A stretch of 64,000 nt of DNA from Octopus vulgaris (taxonomy: Eukaryota), in contig OX597816.1 in assembly GCA_951406725.2 (NCBI GenBank), forward strand, positions 100,502,001 to 100,566,000. Direction: 5' to 3'. Of the stretch, positions 53,182 to 64,000 are shown piece by piece (within the stretch, counting starts at the first letter, position 1; every line of letters begins with the position of its first letter). Position numbers and translations under genes: made by a program. Under the pieces are notes generated by a model. It did not search any database. It saw nothing but the letters and a program-made list of their open reading frames with translations, and had not been told where the DNA came from.

Positions 53182-55410
53182 ATCATCATCATCATCATTT
53201 AGCGTCCGTTTTCCATGCTAGCATGTGTTGGACGGTTCAACTGGGGTCTGTGAAGCTGGAAGGCTTCATCAGGCCCAGTCAGATCTGGCAGTGTTTCTAC
53301 GGCTGGATGCCCTTCCTAACGCCAAACACTCCGTGTGTGTAGTGGGTGCTTTTTACGTGCCACCCGCACAGGTGCCAGACAGAGCTGGCAAACGGGTACG
53401 AAACGGATGGTGCTTTTACGTGTCACCGGCACGGGGGCCAGGCGAGGCTGGCAACGGACACGAACGGATGGTGCTTTTACGTGCCACCAACACGTGGGCC
53501 AGACAGAGCTGGCAAACGTCCACGAAACGGATGGTGCTTTTACGTGTCACTGGCACGGGGGCCAGGCGAGGCTGGCAACGGACACGAACGGATGGTGCTT
53601 TTATGTGCCACCGACACGGGGGCCAGACAGAGCTGGCAAACGTCCACGAACGGATGGTGCTTTTACGTGTCACCGGCTCGGGGGCCAGGCGAGGCTGGCA
53701 ACGAACACGAACGGATGGTGCTTTTACGTGCCACCGACACGGGGGCCAGACAGAGCTGGCAAACGGCCACGAAACGGATGGTGCTTTTACGTGTCACTGG
53801 CACGGGGGCCAGGCGAGGCTGGCAACGGACACGAACGGATGGTGCTTTTATGTGCCACCGACACGGGGGCCAGACAGAGCTGGCAAACGGCCACGAACGG
53901 ATGGTGCTTTTACGTGTCACTGGCTCGGGGGCCAGGCGAGGCTGGCAACGAACACGAATGGATGGTGCTTTTACGTGCCACCGACACGGGGGCCAGACAG
54001 AGCTGGCAAACGGCCACGAACGGATGGTGCTTTTACGTGTCACCTGCACGGGGTCCAGGCGAGGCTGGCAACGGACACAAACGGATGGTGCTTTTATGTG
54101 CCACCGACACGGAGGCTAGACGCGGCGGTGCCGGCAACGACCACGATCGGATGGTTCGCTTAACCACAGCTGCAATTCCCACTGATGTTGATCGACCTCA
54201 ATTTGATTCTGCTTTCTGATATATGAATTGATTTGGTTTGATTTTGATTTTGACTGTTCTCACTGGTCTTGCCGGGTTTTCTCACGCACAGCATACTTCC
54301 AAAGGTCTCGGTCTCTGGTCATTTCCTTGGTGAGACCTAAAGTTCGAAGGTCATGCTTCACCACCTCGACCCAGGTTTTCCTGGGTCTACCTCTTCCACA
54401 GGTCCCCCAACTGCCAGGGTGTGGCACTTTCGCACACAACTATCTTCAGCCATTCTCATCACATGACCATACCAGCACAAACGTCTCTCTTGCACACAAC
54501 AACTGATGCTTCTTAGGTTCAACTTTTCTCTCAAGGTACTTACACTCTGTCGATTATGAACACTGACGTTACGCATCCATCGGAGCATACTAGCTTCAAT
54601 TCATGCGAGCTTACGCAAATCAGCAGTCACAGCCCAAGTTTCACTACCATGTAGCATGGCTGTACGTACACATGCATCATACAGTCTGCCTTTTACTTTG
54701 AGCGAGAGGCCTTTTGTCACCAGCAGAGGTAAGAGCTCTCTAAACTTTGCCCAGGCTATACTTACTCTAGCAGTTACACTTTCAGCACACCCGCCCTCGC
54801 TACTGACTTGGTCACCTAGGTAGCGGAAGCTATCAACTACTTCTAGTTTTTCTCCCTGGAACGTGGTAGAAGTTGGTCTCTGCATATTTTCAGAGTTTAT
54901 TGCTCCTGAGCATCTGCCACAGATAAAAACTATTTTCCTAGTTAGTCTTCCTTTGACATTACTACATCTCTTATGTGTCCATAGCTTATTAGGACTTTGG
55001 TTTTGGCTAGGTTGATTCTAAGGCCCTTCGATTCTAAACCTTGCTTCCATACCTGAAACTTCTCCCCTAGTTCTGATAGAGACTCAGCAATTAGAGCAAG
55101 GTCATCAGCATAGAGGAGCTCCCAGGGGCATCCTGTCTTGAATTCCTCCGTTATTGCCTGGAGGACTATGATAAATAGGAGGGGACTGAGGACTGAACCT
55201 TGGTGGACCCCAACCTCTACCCTGAATTCTTCACTGTACTCGATGCCAACCCTCACCTTACTAGCAGCGTCTCTGTACATGGCTTGTACAGCTCTCACTA
55301 ACCATTCATCTATCCCTAGTTTCCTCATTGACCGCCAGATAAGGGATTGGGGGACCCTGTCGAAGGCTTTCTCCATATCAACAAAAGCCAGGTATAGGGG
55401 CTTGTCTATA
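53182..55410 (-). mobile_element. Well-preserved RTE LINE, 5'-truncated, with an internal deletion
   Basis: LAFVDMEKAFDRVP...GVHQGSVLSPLLF...LLYADDLAL; VDSFRYLGD...LYDACVRTAMLHGSETW; (GAT)n tail at 53182-53197. Confidence 0.96.
53347..54150. repeat. About 13 units of 61-63 nt, alternating A/B, in the RTE 3' UTR
   Basis: GTGCTTTT starts at 53347, 53410, 53471, 53534, 53595, 53657...; A units contain GCCAGGCGAGGCTGGC, B units GCCAGACAGAGCTGGC. Confidence 0.97.
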
Positions 55411-55514
55411 CCTATATACATATATATATATATATATATGTGTGTATATTTATGTATATATATATGTGTGTATATTTATATATTATGTATATGTATATAG
55501 GTATATATATATTT

Positions 55515-55853
55515 AGATTAAAGATTCCAACATCACCATCAAAATACAGGACCGGATATTGCAACAGCTTGGATTTCAGAGAACCACAGCTCTTTAACAT
55601 CCTCCCTAAATGCCTGAGAGACTTGCATGGTGTGAATGTGGGTTTCTTTAAAACTAAACTGGATCTCTTCTTGTCGGGGGTCCTAGATGAACCTACCTCA
55701 CAACAGGAGACAGAGATGCAGGCAGCTGCATCGAACTCCCTTGTTGACCAAGTGCCATGTATCAGAGGTGGATTCACATACTAGTGTAGCTCATTCAGCG
55801 GTGGTGCCCCAGCATGGCCGCAGCCTTCGGGCTAAAACATTTTTAAGGATTTA
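55515..55853 (+). mobile_element. CR1/L2-like LINE 3' end
   Basis: PQLFNILPKCLRDL...FKTKLDLFLSGVLDEP...AASNSLVDQ, then tail GGTGGTGCCCCAGCATGGCCGCAG. Confidence 0.8.
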
Positions 55854-55999
55854 TTATATATTATGTATATGTATATAGGTATATATATTTATGTATATAT
55901 ATTATGTATATGTATATAGGTATATAAAAGAAATCTATTCCTCCATTTTCTTATTTTATATAGGTATATATATATTTATGTATATATATATAAATTATG

Positions 56000-56036
<37 letters not shown>

Positions 56037-56234
56037 ACTTTTTACTTGTTTCAGTCATCTGACTGTGGCCATGCTGGAGCAAATCGACCCCGGGATTTAT
56101 TCTTTGTAAGCCCAGTACTTATTCTATCGGTCTCTTTTGCCAAGCCGCTAAGTGACAGGGACGTAAACACACCAGCATCGGTTGTCAAGCAATGCTAGGG
56201 GGACAAACACAGACACACAAACATATACACACTA

Positions 56235-56287
<53 letters not shown>

Positions 56288-56450
56288 TACGACAGGCTTC
56301 TTTCAGTTTCCGTCTACCAAATCCACTCACAAAGCATTGGTCGGTCCGAGGCTATAGCAGAAGACACTTGCCCAAGATGCCATGCAGTGGGACTGAACCT
56401 GGAACCATGTGGTTGGTAAGCAAGCTACTTACCACACAGCCACTCCTGCA

Positions 56451-56487
<37 letters not shown>

Positions 56488-56984
56488 ACGTCTCGTTCTG
56501 CTGGACTAGCCACCTAACAGGATACAGTCATGGGTCAGATCTAATTCGTCAAAAAAATGATGACATATTTCTTCCGTGGCCAAACTGTCGTTTCCTAAAA
56601 GGATACAGTTAGGAGTCTTTTCACTATATTCGTTGAGACTGGGTTTTGATTTATTTGGAACTATATGACGTCAGCTTAGCTGAGCTGATATAAATCCGCG
56701 AGCAGACACCGCCCATAAATCATTACTGTTCCTCCCATTGGAACACAAGGTAAAATCTAAAATGAACTCCTCGCCTTTTCAAGAACATGAATTTTTTATA
56801 TTTGACTCTATTGAATGTAAGTCACAATTATGAACTACTACATCATACTCTTTAAACATATAGCATGGACTCGCTTTATTATATATGAATTTTTTATATT
56901 TGACTCTATTGAATATATGTCACAATTATGAACTATTACATCATACTCTTTAAACATATAGCATGGACTCCCTTTATTATATAT

Positions 56985-57035
56985 AATTTTTTTTGATAAG
57001 GTTCGTCATTTCAAGAACCGAAACATGTTAAAATT
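56985..57035 (+). ncRNA. Degenerate minimal hammerhead-like motif (copy 1)
   Basis: TTTT-TTGATAA-GGTTC-(10 nt)-GAACC-GAAA-CATG-TT-AAAATT; two core substitutions. Confidence 0.5.
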
Positions 57036-57311
57036 AAAATTTGTCTAATATAGCAGCATTTTCAAACTACATTTTTTACAAACATATATATATATATATA
57101 TATATATACATATTATGTATATATGATATATATATATATATATATACATATTATGTATATATGATATATATATATATATATATATACATATTATGTATAT
57201 ATGATTATATATATATATGATATATATATATATATATACATATTATGTATATATGATTATATATATATATGATATATATATATATATATATACATATTAT
57301 GTATATATGAT

Positions 57312-57342
<31 letters not shown>

Positions 57343-57703
57343 TATGTATATATGATTATATATATATATACATATTATGTATATATGATTATATATATAT
57401 ATACATATTATGTATATATGATTATATATATATATATATATTATGTATATATGATATATATATATATATATATATATGATTATATATATATATATATTGA
57501 TTGATTTTGATTGATTCTAGTTTCAGCTTATGAGCTGTGGCCATGCTGGGGTACCGCCATTTGGTGTTGCTACTTGGTTTCGTACTTATTCTATCGGTCT
57601 TTTGCCAAGCCGCTAAGTGACAGGGATGTAAACACACGGTTGTCAAGCAATGCTAGGGGGACAAACACAGACACACAAACATATACACACACATATATAT
57701 ATA

Positions 57704-57753
<50 letters not shown>

Positions 57754-58469
57754 GACAGGCTTCTTTCAGTTTCCGTCTACCAAATCCACTCACAAAGCAT
57801 TGGTCGGCCCGAGGCTATAGCAGAAGATACTTGCCCAAGATGCCATGCAGTGGGACTGAACCTGGAACCATGTGGCTGGTAAGCAAGCTACTTACCACAC
57901 AGCCACTCCTGCACCTATATATATATATATATATATATGATGACGTCTCGTTCTGCTGGACTAGCCACCTAACAGGATACAGTCATTGGTCAGATCTAAT
58001 TCGTCAAAAAATAATGATGTATTTCTTCCGTGGCCAAACTGTCGTTCCGCTTGGTTGATTTCCAAACAGGATACAGTTAGGAGTCTTTTCACTATATTCG
58101 TTGAGACTGGGTTTTGATTGGTTTGGAACTATATGACGTCAGTGAAAATTGCAAGTGACCACAGCTTAGCTGAGCTGATATAAACCGCGAGCAGACACCG
58201 ACCAAAAATCATTACTGTTGCTCCCATTGGAACACAAGGTAAAATCTAAAATGAACCTCGCCTTTTCAAGAACATGAATTTTTTATATTTGACTCTATTG
58301 AATGTATGTCATAATTATGAACTACGACATCATACTCTTTAAACATATAGCATGGACTCGCTTTATTATATATGAATTTTTTATATTTGACTCTATTGAA
58401 TATATGTCACAATTATGAACTATTACATCATACTCTTTAAACATATAGCATGGACTATTTATTATATAT

Positions 58470-58520
58470 AATTTTTTTTGATAAGGTTCGACATTTCAAG
58501 AACCGAAACATGTTAAAATT
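58470..58520 (+). ncRNA. Degenerate minimal hammerhead-like motif (copy 2)
   Basis: Same structure as 56985. Confidence 0.5.
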
Positions 58521-58591
58521 AAAATTTGTCTAATATAGCAGCATTTTCAAACTTCATTTTTTACAAACATATATATATATATATATATATA

Positions 58592-58731
58592 CACTCTCGG
58601 AGTGGTTGGCGTTAGGAAGGGCATCCAGCTGTAGAAACACTGCCAGATCTGTCTGGACTGGTGCAGCTTTCGGGCTCCCCAGACCCCAGTTGAACCGTCC
58701 AACCCATGCTAGCATGGAAAGCGGACGTTAA

Positions 58732-58763
<32 letters not shown>
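58592..58763 (+). mobile_element. RTE 3'-tail fragment with a long (GAT)n tail
   Basis: GAGTGGTTGGCGTTAGGAAGGGCATCC...GGACGTTAAAT(GAT)n. Confidence 0.9.
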
Positions 58764-58772
58764 ACATATTAT

Positions 58773-58806
<34 letters not shown>

Positions 58807-58823
58807 GATATATATATATTATA

Positions 58824-58866
<43 letters not shown>

Positions 58867-58869
58867 GTA

Positions 58870-59030
58870 TGAAATGGGTTTCTTTTAGTTTCCGTCTACC
58901 AAATGCACTCAGAAGGCTTTGGTCTGCCCTAGGCTATAATAGAAGACATTTTCCCCAAGACATCATGCTGTGGGACTGAACCCAGAACCATGTCGTTGAG
59001 AAGCAAACTTCTAATCACACAGCTGGCACT
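58870..59030 (-). mobile_element. SINE 5' half
   Basis: TTAGTTTCCGTCTACCAAAT...GTGGGACTGAACCC. Confidence 0.75.
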
Positions 59031-59041
59031 CTGAACTTTAC

Positions 59042-59375
59042 AGGGCCTCTCGTAAAGGAACAATTGGAACTTTAATCAATTGTGAACTTTCGATATGTAT
59101 TATATGTGACTGTGTTCTGCTGTCAATAACAGGATACATGAACCATACAGAGTGACATGAAAATCGTAATGCCCAGATGAGTAATGATTTTGGACACCAA
59201 CTACCTCTTACATGTTGTGTCATATGTCAAGAAACTTGTGAGACAATATCTGGACTTAAAACTTCAGAATCAGATTCCAAAGGGCAAAGATATAGAAGAA
59301 ACTTGAATAATATGTCACCTGTGTTTCAAACCTTGTCAGTCAGCAGCTAGTCTTAGAAGTCATATGTTATGCACA
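59042..59375 (+). pseudogene. Decayed triple C2H2 zinc-finger coding remnant
   Basis: RASRK...CIICDCVLLSITGYMNHTE*H; CVICQETCETISGLKT; after a frameshift CHLCFKPCQSAASLRSH (C-x2-C-x12-H spacing in fingers 1 and 3). Confidence 0.6.
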
Positions 59376-59416
59376 ACTGTTTTCTTGTCTCCTGACAATA
59401 GGCTTGTCCTTTTTCT

Positions 59417-59622
59417 CAACCCTTTTGTTACCAACCCAACTGAAACTGGCTCTGAGTACAAATGTCTTGTTTTCATAAGTTTTGAATTAAAATCTTCCAC
59501 CAAACCTAAGTCATACTAGCTGAATAATAACTAAGTTGTTTTACTAAATTCTTTGTTATATTTAAAGGAATTGAAAGAAACACAGAGCATCTCAAAATAA
59601 ATACAGTAACAAAAGGATTAAT
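59417..59622. mobile_element. TTAA-flanked (piggyBac-like) MITE
   Basis: T(C)AACCCTTTTGTTAC ... GTAACAAAAGGATTAA terminal inverted repeats. Confidence 0.7.
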
Positions 59623-59761
59623 AGCCTACCACAACTAGAGAATTCATTTCCTGAGATTATCTCCCCAACTCATATAGTGCTAGTCTCATTTGTCATTTGG
59701 TGATTGTGATACATCCTTTGAAACAGAGATAACTTTTATAAATAAATTTATGTTGTACAAT

Positions 59762-60780
59762 ACAGAGAGCTCTTACCTCTGACAAAAGGCCTCTCGCTTA
59801 GAGTAAAAGGTAGACTGTATGATGCATGTGTGCGAACAGCCATGCTACATAGCAGTGAAACATGGGCTGTGACTGCTGAGGATATGCGTAAGCTCGCAAG
59901 AAATGAAGCCAGTATGCTCCGTTGGATGTGTAATGTCAGTGTTCATACCCGACAGAGTTGTAAGTGCCTTGAGAGAAAAGTTGGACCTAAGAAGCATCAG
60001 ATGTGGTGTGCAAGAGAGGCGTCTACGCTGGTATGGACACGTAGTAAGAATGGATGAAGATAGTTGTGTGAAAAAGTGCCACACCCTAGCGGTTGAGGGA
60101 ACCTGTGGAAGAGGTAGACCCAGGAAAACCTGGGACGAGGTGGTGAAGAACGACCTTCGCGCTTTAGGTCTCACCAAGGATATGACCAGAGACCGAGACC
60201 TTTGGAAGTATGCTGTGCGCGAGAAGACCCGGCAGGACACATGAGGCCATAACCCATGGCCCCTACCTGCGACGTAGTCAGTCCACCTGTGCATACCTTT
60301 CTTCTTGGGACACATAACTCTACTTGTGAAGACCTGTTGAGGCAAGTGAAAATCAAATCAAATCAAAATCGATGAACATCAACGGAATTTGTATTTTTGT
60401 GAAATTAGTGCCGGTGGCACATAAGAAAACCATCCGAACGTGGCCGTAGCCAGTACCGCATCGACTGACCTCCGTGCTGTGGGCACGTAACAAACACCAT
60501 CCGATCGTGGCCGTGCCAGCCTTGCCTGGCCTCTATGCTGGTGGCACATAAAAAACACCATCCGAGCGTGGCCGTTCGCCAGCCTCGTCTGGCACCTGTG
60601 TCGGTGGCACATAAAAAGTACCCACTACACTCACGGAGTGGTTGGCGTTAGGAAGGGCATCCAGCTGTAGAAACTCTTCCAGATCTGACTGGCCTGGTGC
60701 AGCCCTCGGGCTTCCCAGACCCCAGTTGAACTGTCCAACCCATGTTAGCATGGAAAGCGGATGTTAAACGATGATGATGA
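59762..60780 (+). mobile_element. RTE LINE 3' kilobase (ORF C-terminus, 3' UTR with about 4 repeat units, (GAT)n tail)
   Basis: LYDACVRTAMLHSSETW; RRLRWYGHVVRM...GRGRPRKTWDEVVKNDL; ends GTTAAACGATGATGATGA. Confidence 0.95.
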
Positions 60781-60944
60781 GTACTTGATATACGTGTATT
60801 TGTCTGTTATTCATGTACATCTCTCTGACCACTTTAAGTCATTTCTCATAACTTTTTTGTTTCTTTGATTTATGCATATGCCAAAGTCCTTGACTATAGG
60901 AGACAATATAGGTCAATTATCATGCTAATGATATCTGTTATATA

Positions 60945-61131
60945 TATGAGGGATGCTGAAAAGTTTCTGGCTTTGGTAAAAGAAAATACAGGACAATCAG
61001 TTAATTCACAAACTTCTTGCAGTGATCCTTCAGTTTTTCTAAGCGCTGTAAAAGAACATGGGAACATTAGGCTTCCAACCAGGCCTTTTGTGATACCCTT
61101 AAAGCCAGGAATTTTTCAAGATTCCCTCATG
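60945..61131. mobile_element. mariner-type MITE
   Basis: TIRs GAGGGATGCTGAAAAGTTTCTGGCTTT / AAAGCCAGGAATTTTTCAAGATTCCCTC. Confidence 0.75.
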
Positions 61132-62989
61132 AGTGTGTATATATAACTGTACACCAGCCCATATATATTGGCAGATATGGCTATGTGGTTTCAAATTCTT
61201 CCTCCCTGCAGAGCACTTTGTGCATTGCTCTTTCTTGAGTGGCATCCAGTTGTGAATCAGTGCCTCAATAATATTTATATCTTGTATATCTACATTTTGC
61301 TAAACACTGATCAAATGATTTAATATGTTTATAATTTTTCAACAAGCAACTATGTAATCCCGGCAATTAATTTGATGAAATATGTGAAGTTTATAAAGCT
61401 TAAAATACCCAGCATTAATACTACATACATACATACATACGCACATTTTGTATATATTTCAGTTGAAATTTTCCACTGTAGTTACAAAATAATGAGTTTT
61501 TAATATTGAAGATAACATAAACTGGGCCTAAGGATTTAAATAAGCTATAAATTATATCAGTAAGAATATCCTTTAAGATATGAAAGTAAATTTTCATTTT
61601 ACTTAATAGTATTCTTACACATATAGACGTTATTCAAAAATTGATTTCTGCACAATAGTTACAATCAAATATATAAAAATATATTCCCATTTCAATTTTA
61701 CTCTGTACGATTAAAGAATCAATTTTAAACCAGGATGCCTTCATCCTTGAAACCTTTAATTGGCATAAACATTTAGCAGTATTTGTCCATATTAATTCTG
61801 GATTATCTGTGTATACATGGACACATGTATATCTACACATTTTAAATCAAGATGTTCTATCAGATTTGTGATTCTCAGAAGTATTATGTATCATATGTGA
61901 TAATTCTATTATATGTTGAATATTCTGTACATTTAATTATTCTACTTTTCATTGATGCTTAATTTTAAATAATTTCATTTGGAAAGTTTCACCATTTTGA
62001 AATAATGTAATAATTTTTGGTTGCTTCTTTAACAGAGATTTGATTCACTTTTCTGCTTTGTTAGAGTAAATTTCATTTCCATCTTTAAATACAACAATTG
62101 CATGAATACCTGATGTATATTTAATTTTTTACAGCTATGTAGCTACACCAATATACCTTTGTGCTATTATCACTGCTATTTATCCTTCCATTGTCATTTA
62201 TCATTTTTCCATGACACCCTGTCTTTTTCTGCATGCTACCTATCCTGTCTTTCTCTAAACATGTCCATATATTTTATCATTTTCAAATTAGTTGTACTGC
62301 AGTGAAGGTAATTAGAAGTATTCATTTGATTATTAATCAATAATTATAAGTTTGTAATACACCTACATACACACATGCACCTGCTCTTCTCTCTTGCAGA
62401 GACATATGCATGTGCTCATACATTAGATCCTCTCCTGTTCAAACACACATGGTCTCAAACACACTCACTCACACTAAAGTGCTTTCAGTGAGCTTTCCTT
62501 TCTGGGAAGTAAGTGAAATCTAACAGTTCAACCAGGCATGTCAAATATACCATCTTCTCTTCAGTAGCTTCCTGTTGTAATTACATCTCTCTCCTCTCCA
62601 ATGTATCAATAGTTTCTAGTGTTGCATATGTTGCATACATCCATCTCTCTCTCTCTCTCTCTCTCTCATACACATATTTTAGAAATATCTTCAGAAAACA
62701 TTGTAAGAATTCTATAAATGATGCCAGATATGAAAGTCATGATCAATATTTTTTTCTTAAATGTTTAAATTTAAATACAGATAACAGCTTTATATTGATA
62801 TACATGACAAATGGACAACTACACATTCATTTCTTTAATTCTCTTCCCTTTATCAGTAGTCACCTGTATACTTTCTGTGGAAGCAGACTTACCAGTAATA
62901 TGCTCTTCTGTATGCATTCATTGTCTCTCACTTTCACTTTCAAATAATTTGCCAAAAGTGATGTTATTGTCCTTAACTTCTTCAAAACA

Positions 62990-63920
62990 TTTAACATCTA
63001 TCTAAGTTGCCTACTTTATAGGCTCCATCTGTCTTAGATTTTGAATCTGAAATTTCCTCTTGCACTACTTTATTGCAGCAAATACTGATGTGGACCTACC
63101 AAAATGACATTCTGTCATATGGTGTATCTCAGAATATAAGTATGTCTTCCATACTTCTGTACATTAATAACTTATTTGCTATAGCTTCTATATCTAAACT
63201 CCCCTATGAAAATGGCACTAACCTTTGTTTCTCCTTATACTTTTGCACATTTGTCTCATCCATATGTAGCTTATACACATCATACCAAACTACAGTGCTT
63301 GCTTCCACAAACCTAAGAAACACTATCCAAACTGGACATTACAAATTTATCTTCATCACCAGCACGAAGACACAATCACTACACATACCATTTCTATTTA
63401 TGATAAACACATAGAGAAAACTCTCAAAGTAGATATAAATGTGTGTCTCCCAAATCTCTAATAATCTAATGTAACAACTGTACCTAAAATAATAGGCTTA
63501 CTCTTCAGGCCAGAAAATATTTAAGTTGTAGTTGATCCACTACAAAATTTAACCGTGATCCCAGATTTCTTTGGAGTGTTGGTTACTTGCTGCTGCTATA
63601 CACACAAACAGCCTAGACTGTATGAAAATCTGGCTGCTTGTTAAGGATTCAATATCCAATAACTACTTGAGAACTGAAATTTTTTATTGTGTCTCTTCTC
63701 CCAACAATACATCACCTATTTCTTTGAACCAGCTAGTTCCATACCACCTTCACCTGAACCCACATTTCTGTTGTTTCTCCCCTCAAACTTTGAACTAAAT
63801 TCTTCACCCAATCATTGATTCTCAGAACTTCAGCCTTAAGGAATTCATTCCCTATTCCAGATTTCCCTATGCAGATGTTTTCACCACCAATGAGTAAATA
63901 TTATGCTGGATATATACCAT
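62990..63920 (+). mobile_element. Old CR1/Jockey-like RT relic
   Basis: GVSQNISMSSILLYINNLF...YENGT (resembles GVPQGSVL..LLYINDL..YADDT), plus a C-terminal LECW..AAAIHTNSLD-like segment. Confidence 0.5.
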
Positions 63921-64000
63921 TTCTTCTTTTCAAGTACATACACGGTGCACATACATATTTACATAGAGGTATGAAAGTGCATGGCTTAGAGGTCAAGGTA

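Larger units (their letters stand above)
56038..58570. repeat. Direct duplication of a ~1.05-kb unit (56038-57085 and 57520-58570) separated by a TA minisatellite
   Basis: Both copies contain a minus-strand SINE, a TA run, GATGACGTCTCGTTCTGCTGGACTAGCC..., an internal ~120-bp repeat and a hammerhead-like end. Confidence 0.95.

Noticed and set aside
53347-54150. CRISPR-like regular repeat array
   Set aside because: No unique spacers; the units are contiguous A/B repeats inside an RTE 3' UTR; no cas genes; eukaryotic context
53225-54219. Three long overlapping ORFs (257-312 aa)
   Set aside because: By-product of a stop-free tandem unit, antisense to the LINE UTR; no domain content

Overview
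AT-rich, microsatellite-dense eukaryotic DNA. The repeat repertoire looks like an octopus/coleoid cephalopod genome; that assignment is inference from pattern recognition, not a search. I can support no intact host protein-coding gene. The window is a mosaic of decayed transposons: RTE-clade LINEs (several copies, with a variable ~61-63 nt tandem array in the 3' UTR), Penelope-like elements (PLE; RT plus GIY-YIG), CR1/L2-like and L1/Tx1-like relics, a full-length Tc1, a mariner relic, several MITEs and several tRNA-SINE families. The most striking signal is at least four long palindromes with unrelated arm sequences (17.2-17.9, 27.8-28.2, 36.1-36.4 and 41.3-41.6 kb). They carry complete or partial minimal type-I hammerhead-ribozyme motifs (CUGANGA...GAAA-palindromic stem III-UH) that always point outward from the centre. 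Further solo hammerhead-like motifs sit at the end of a PLE and inside a ~1 kb duplication. Coordinates of degraded elements are approximate.
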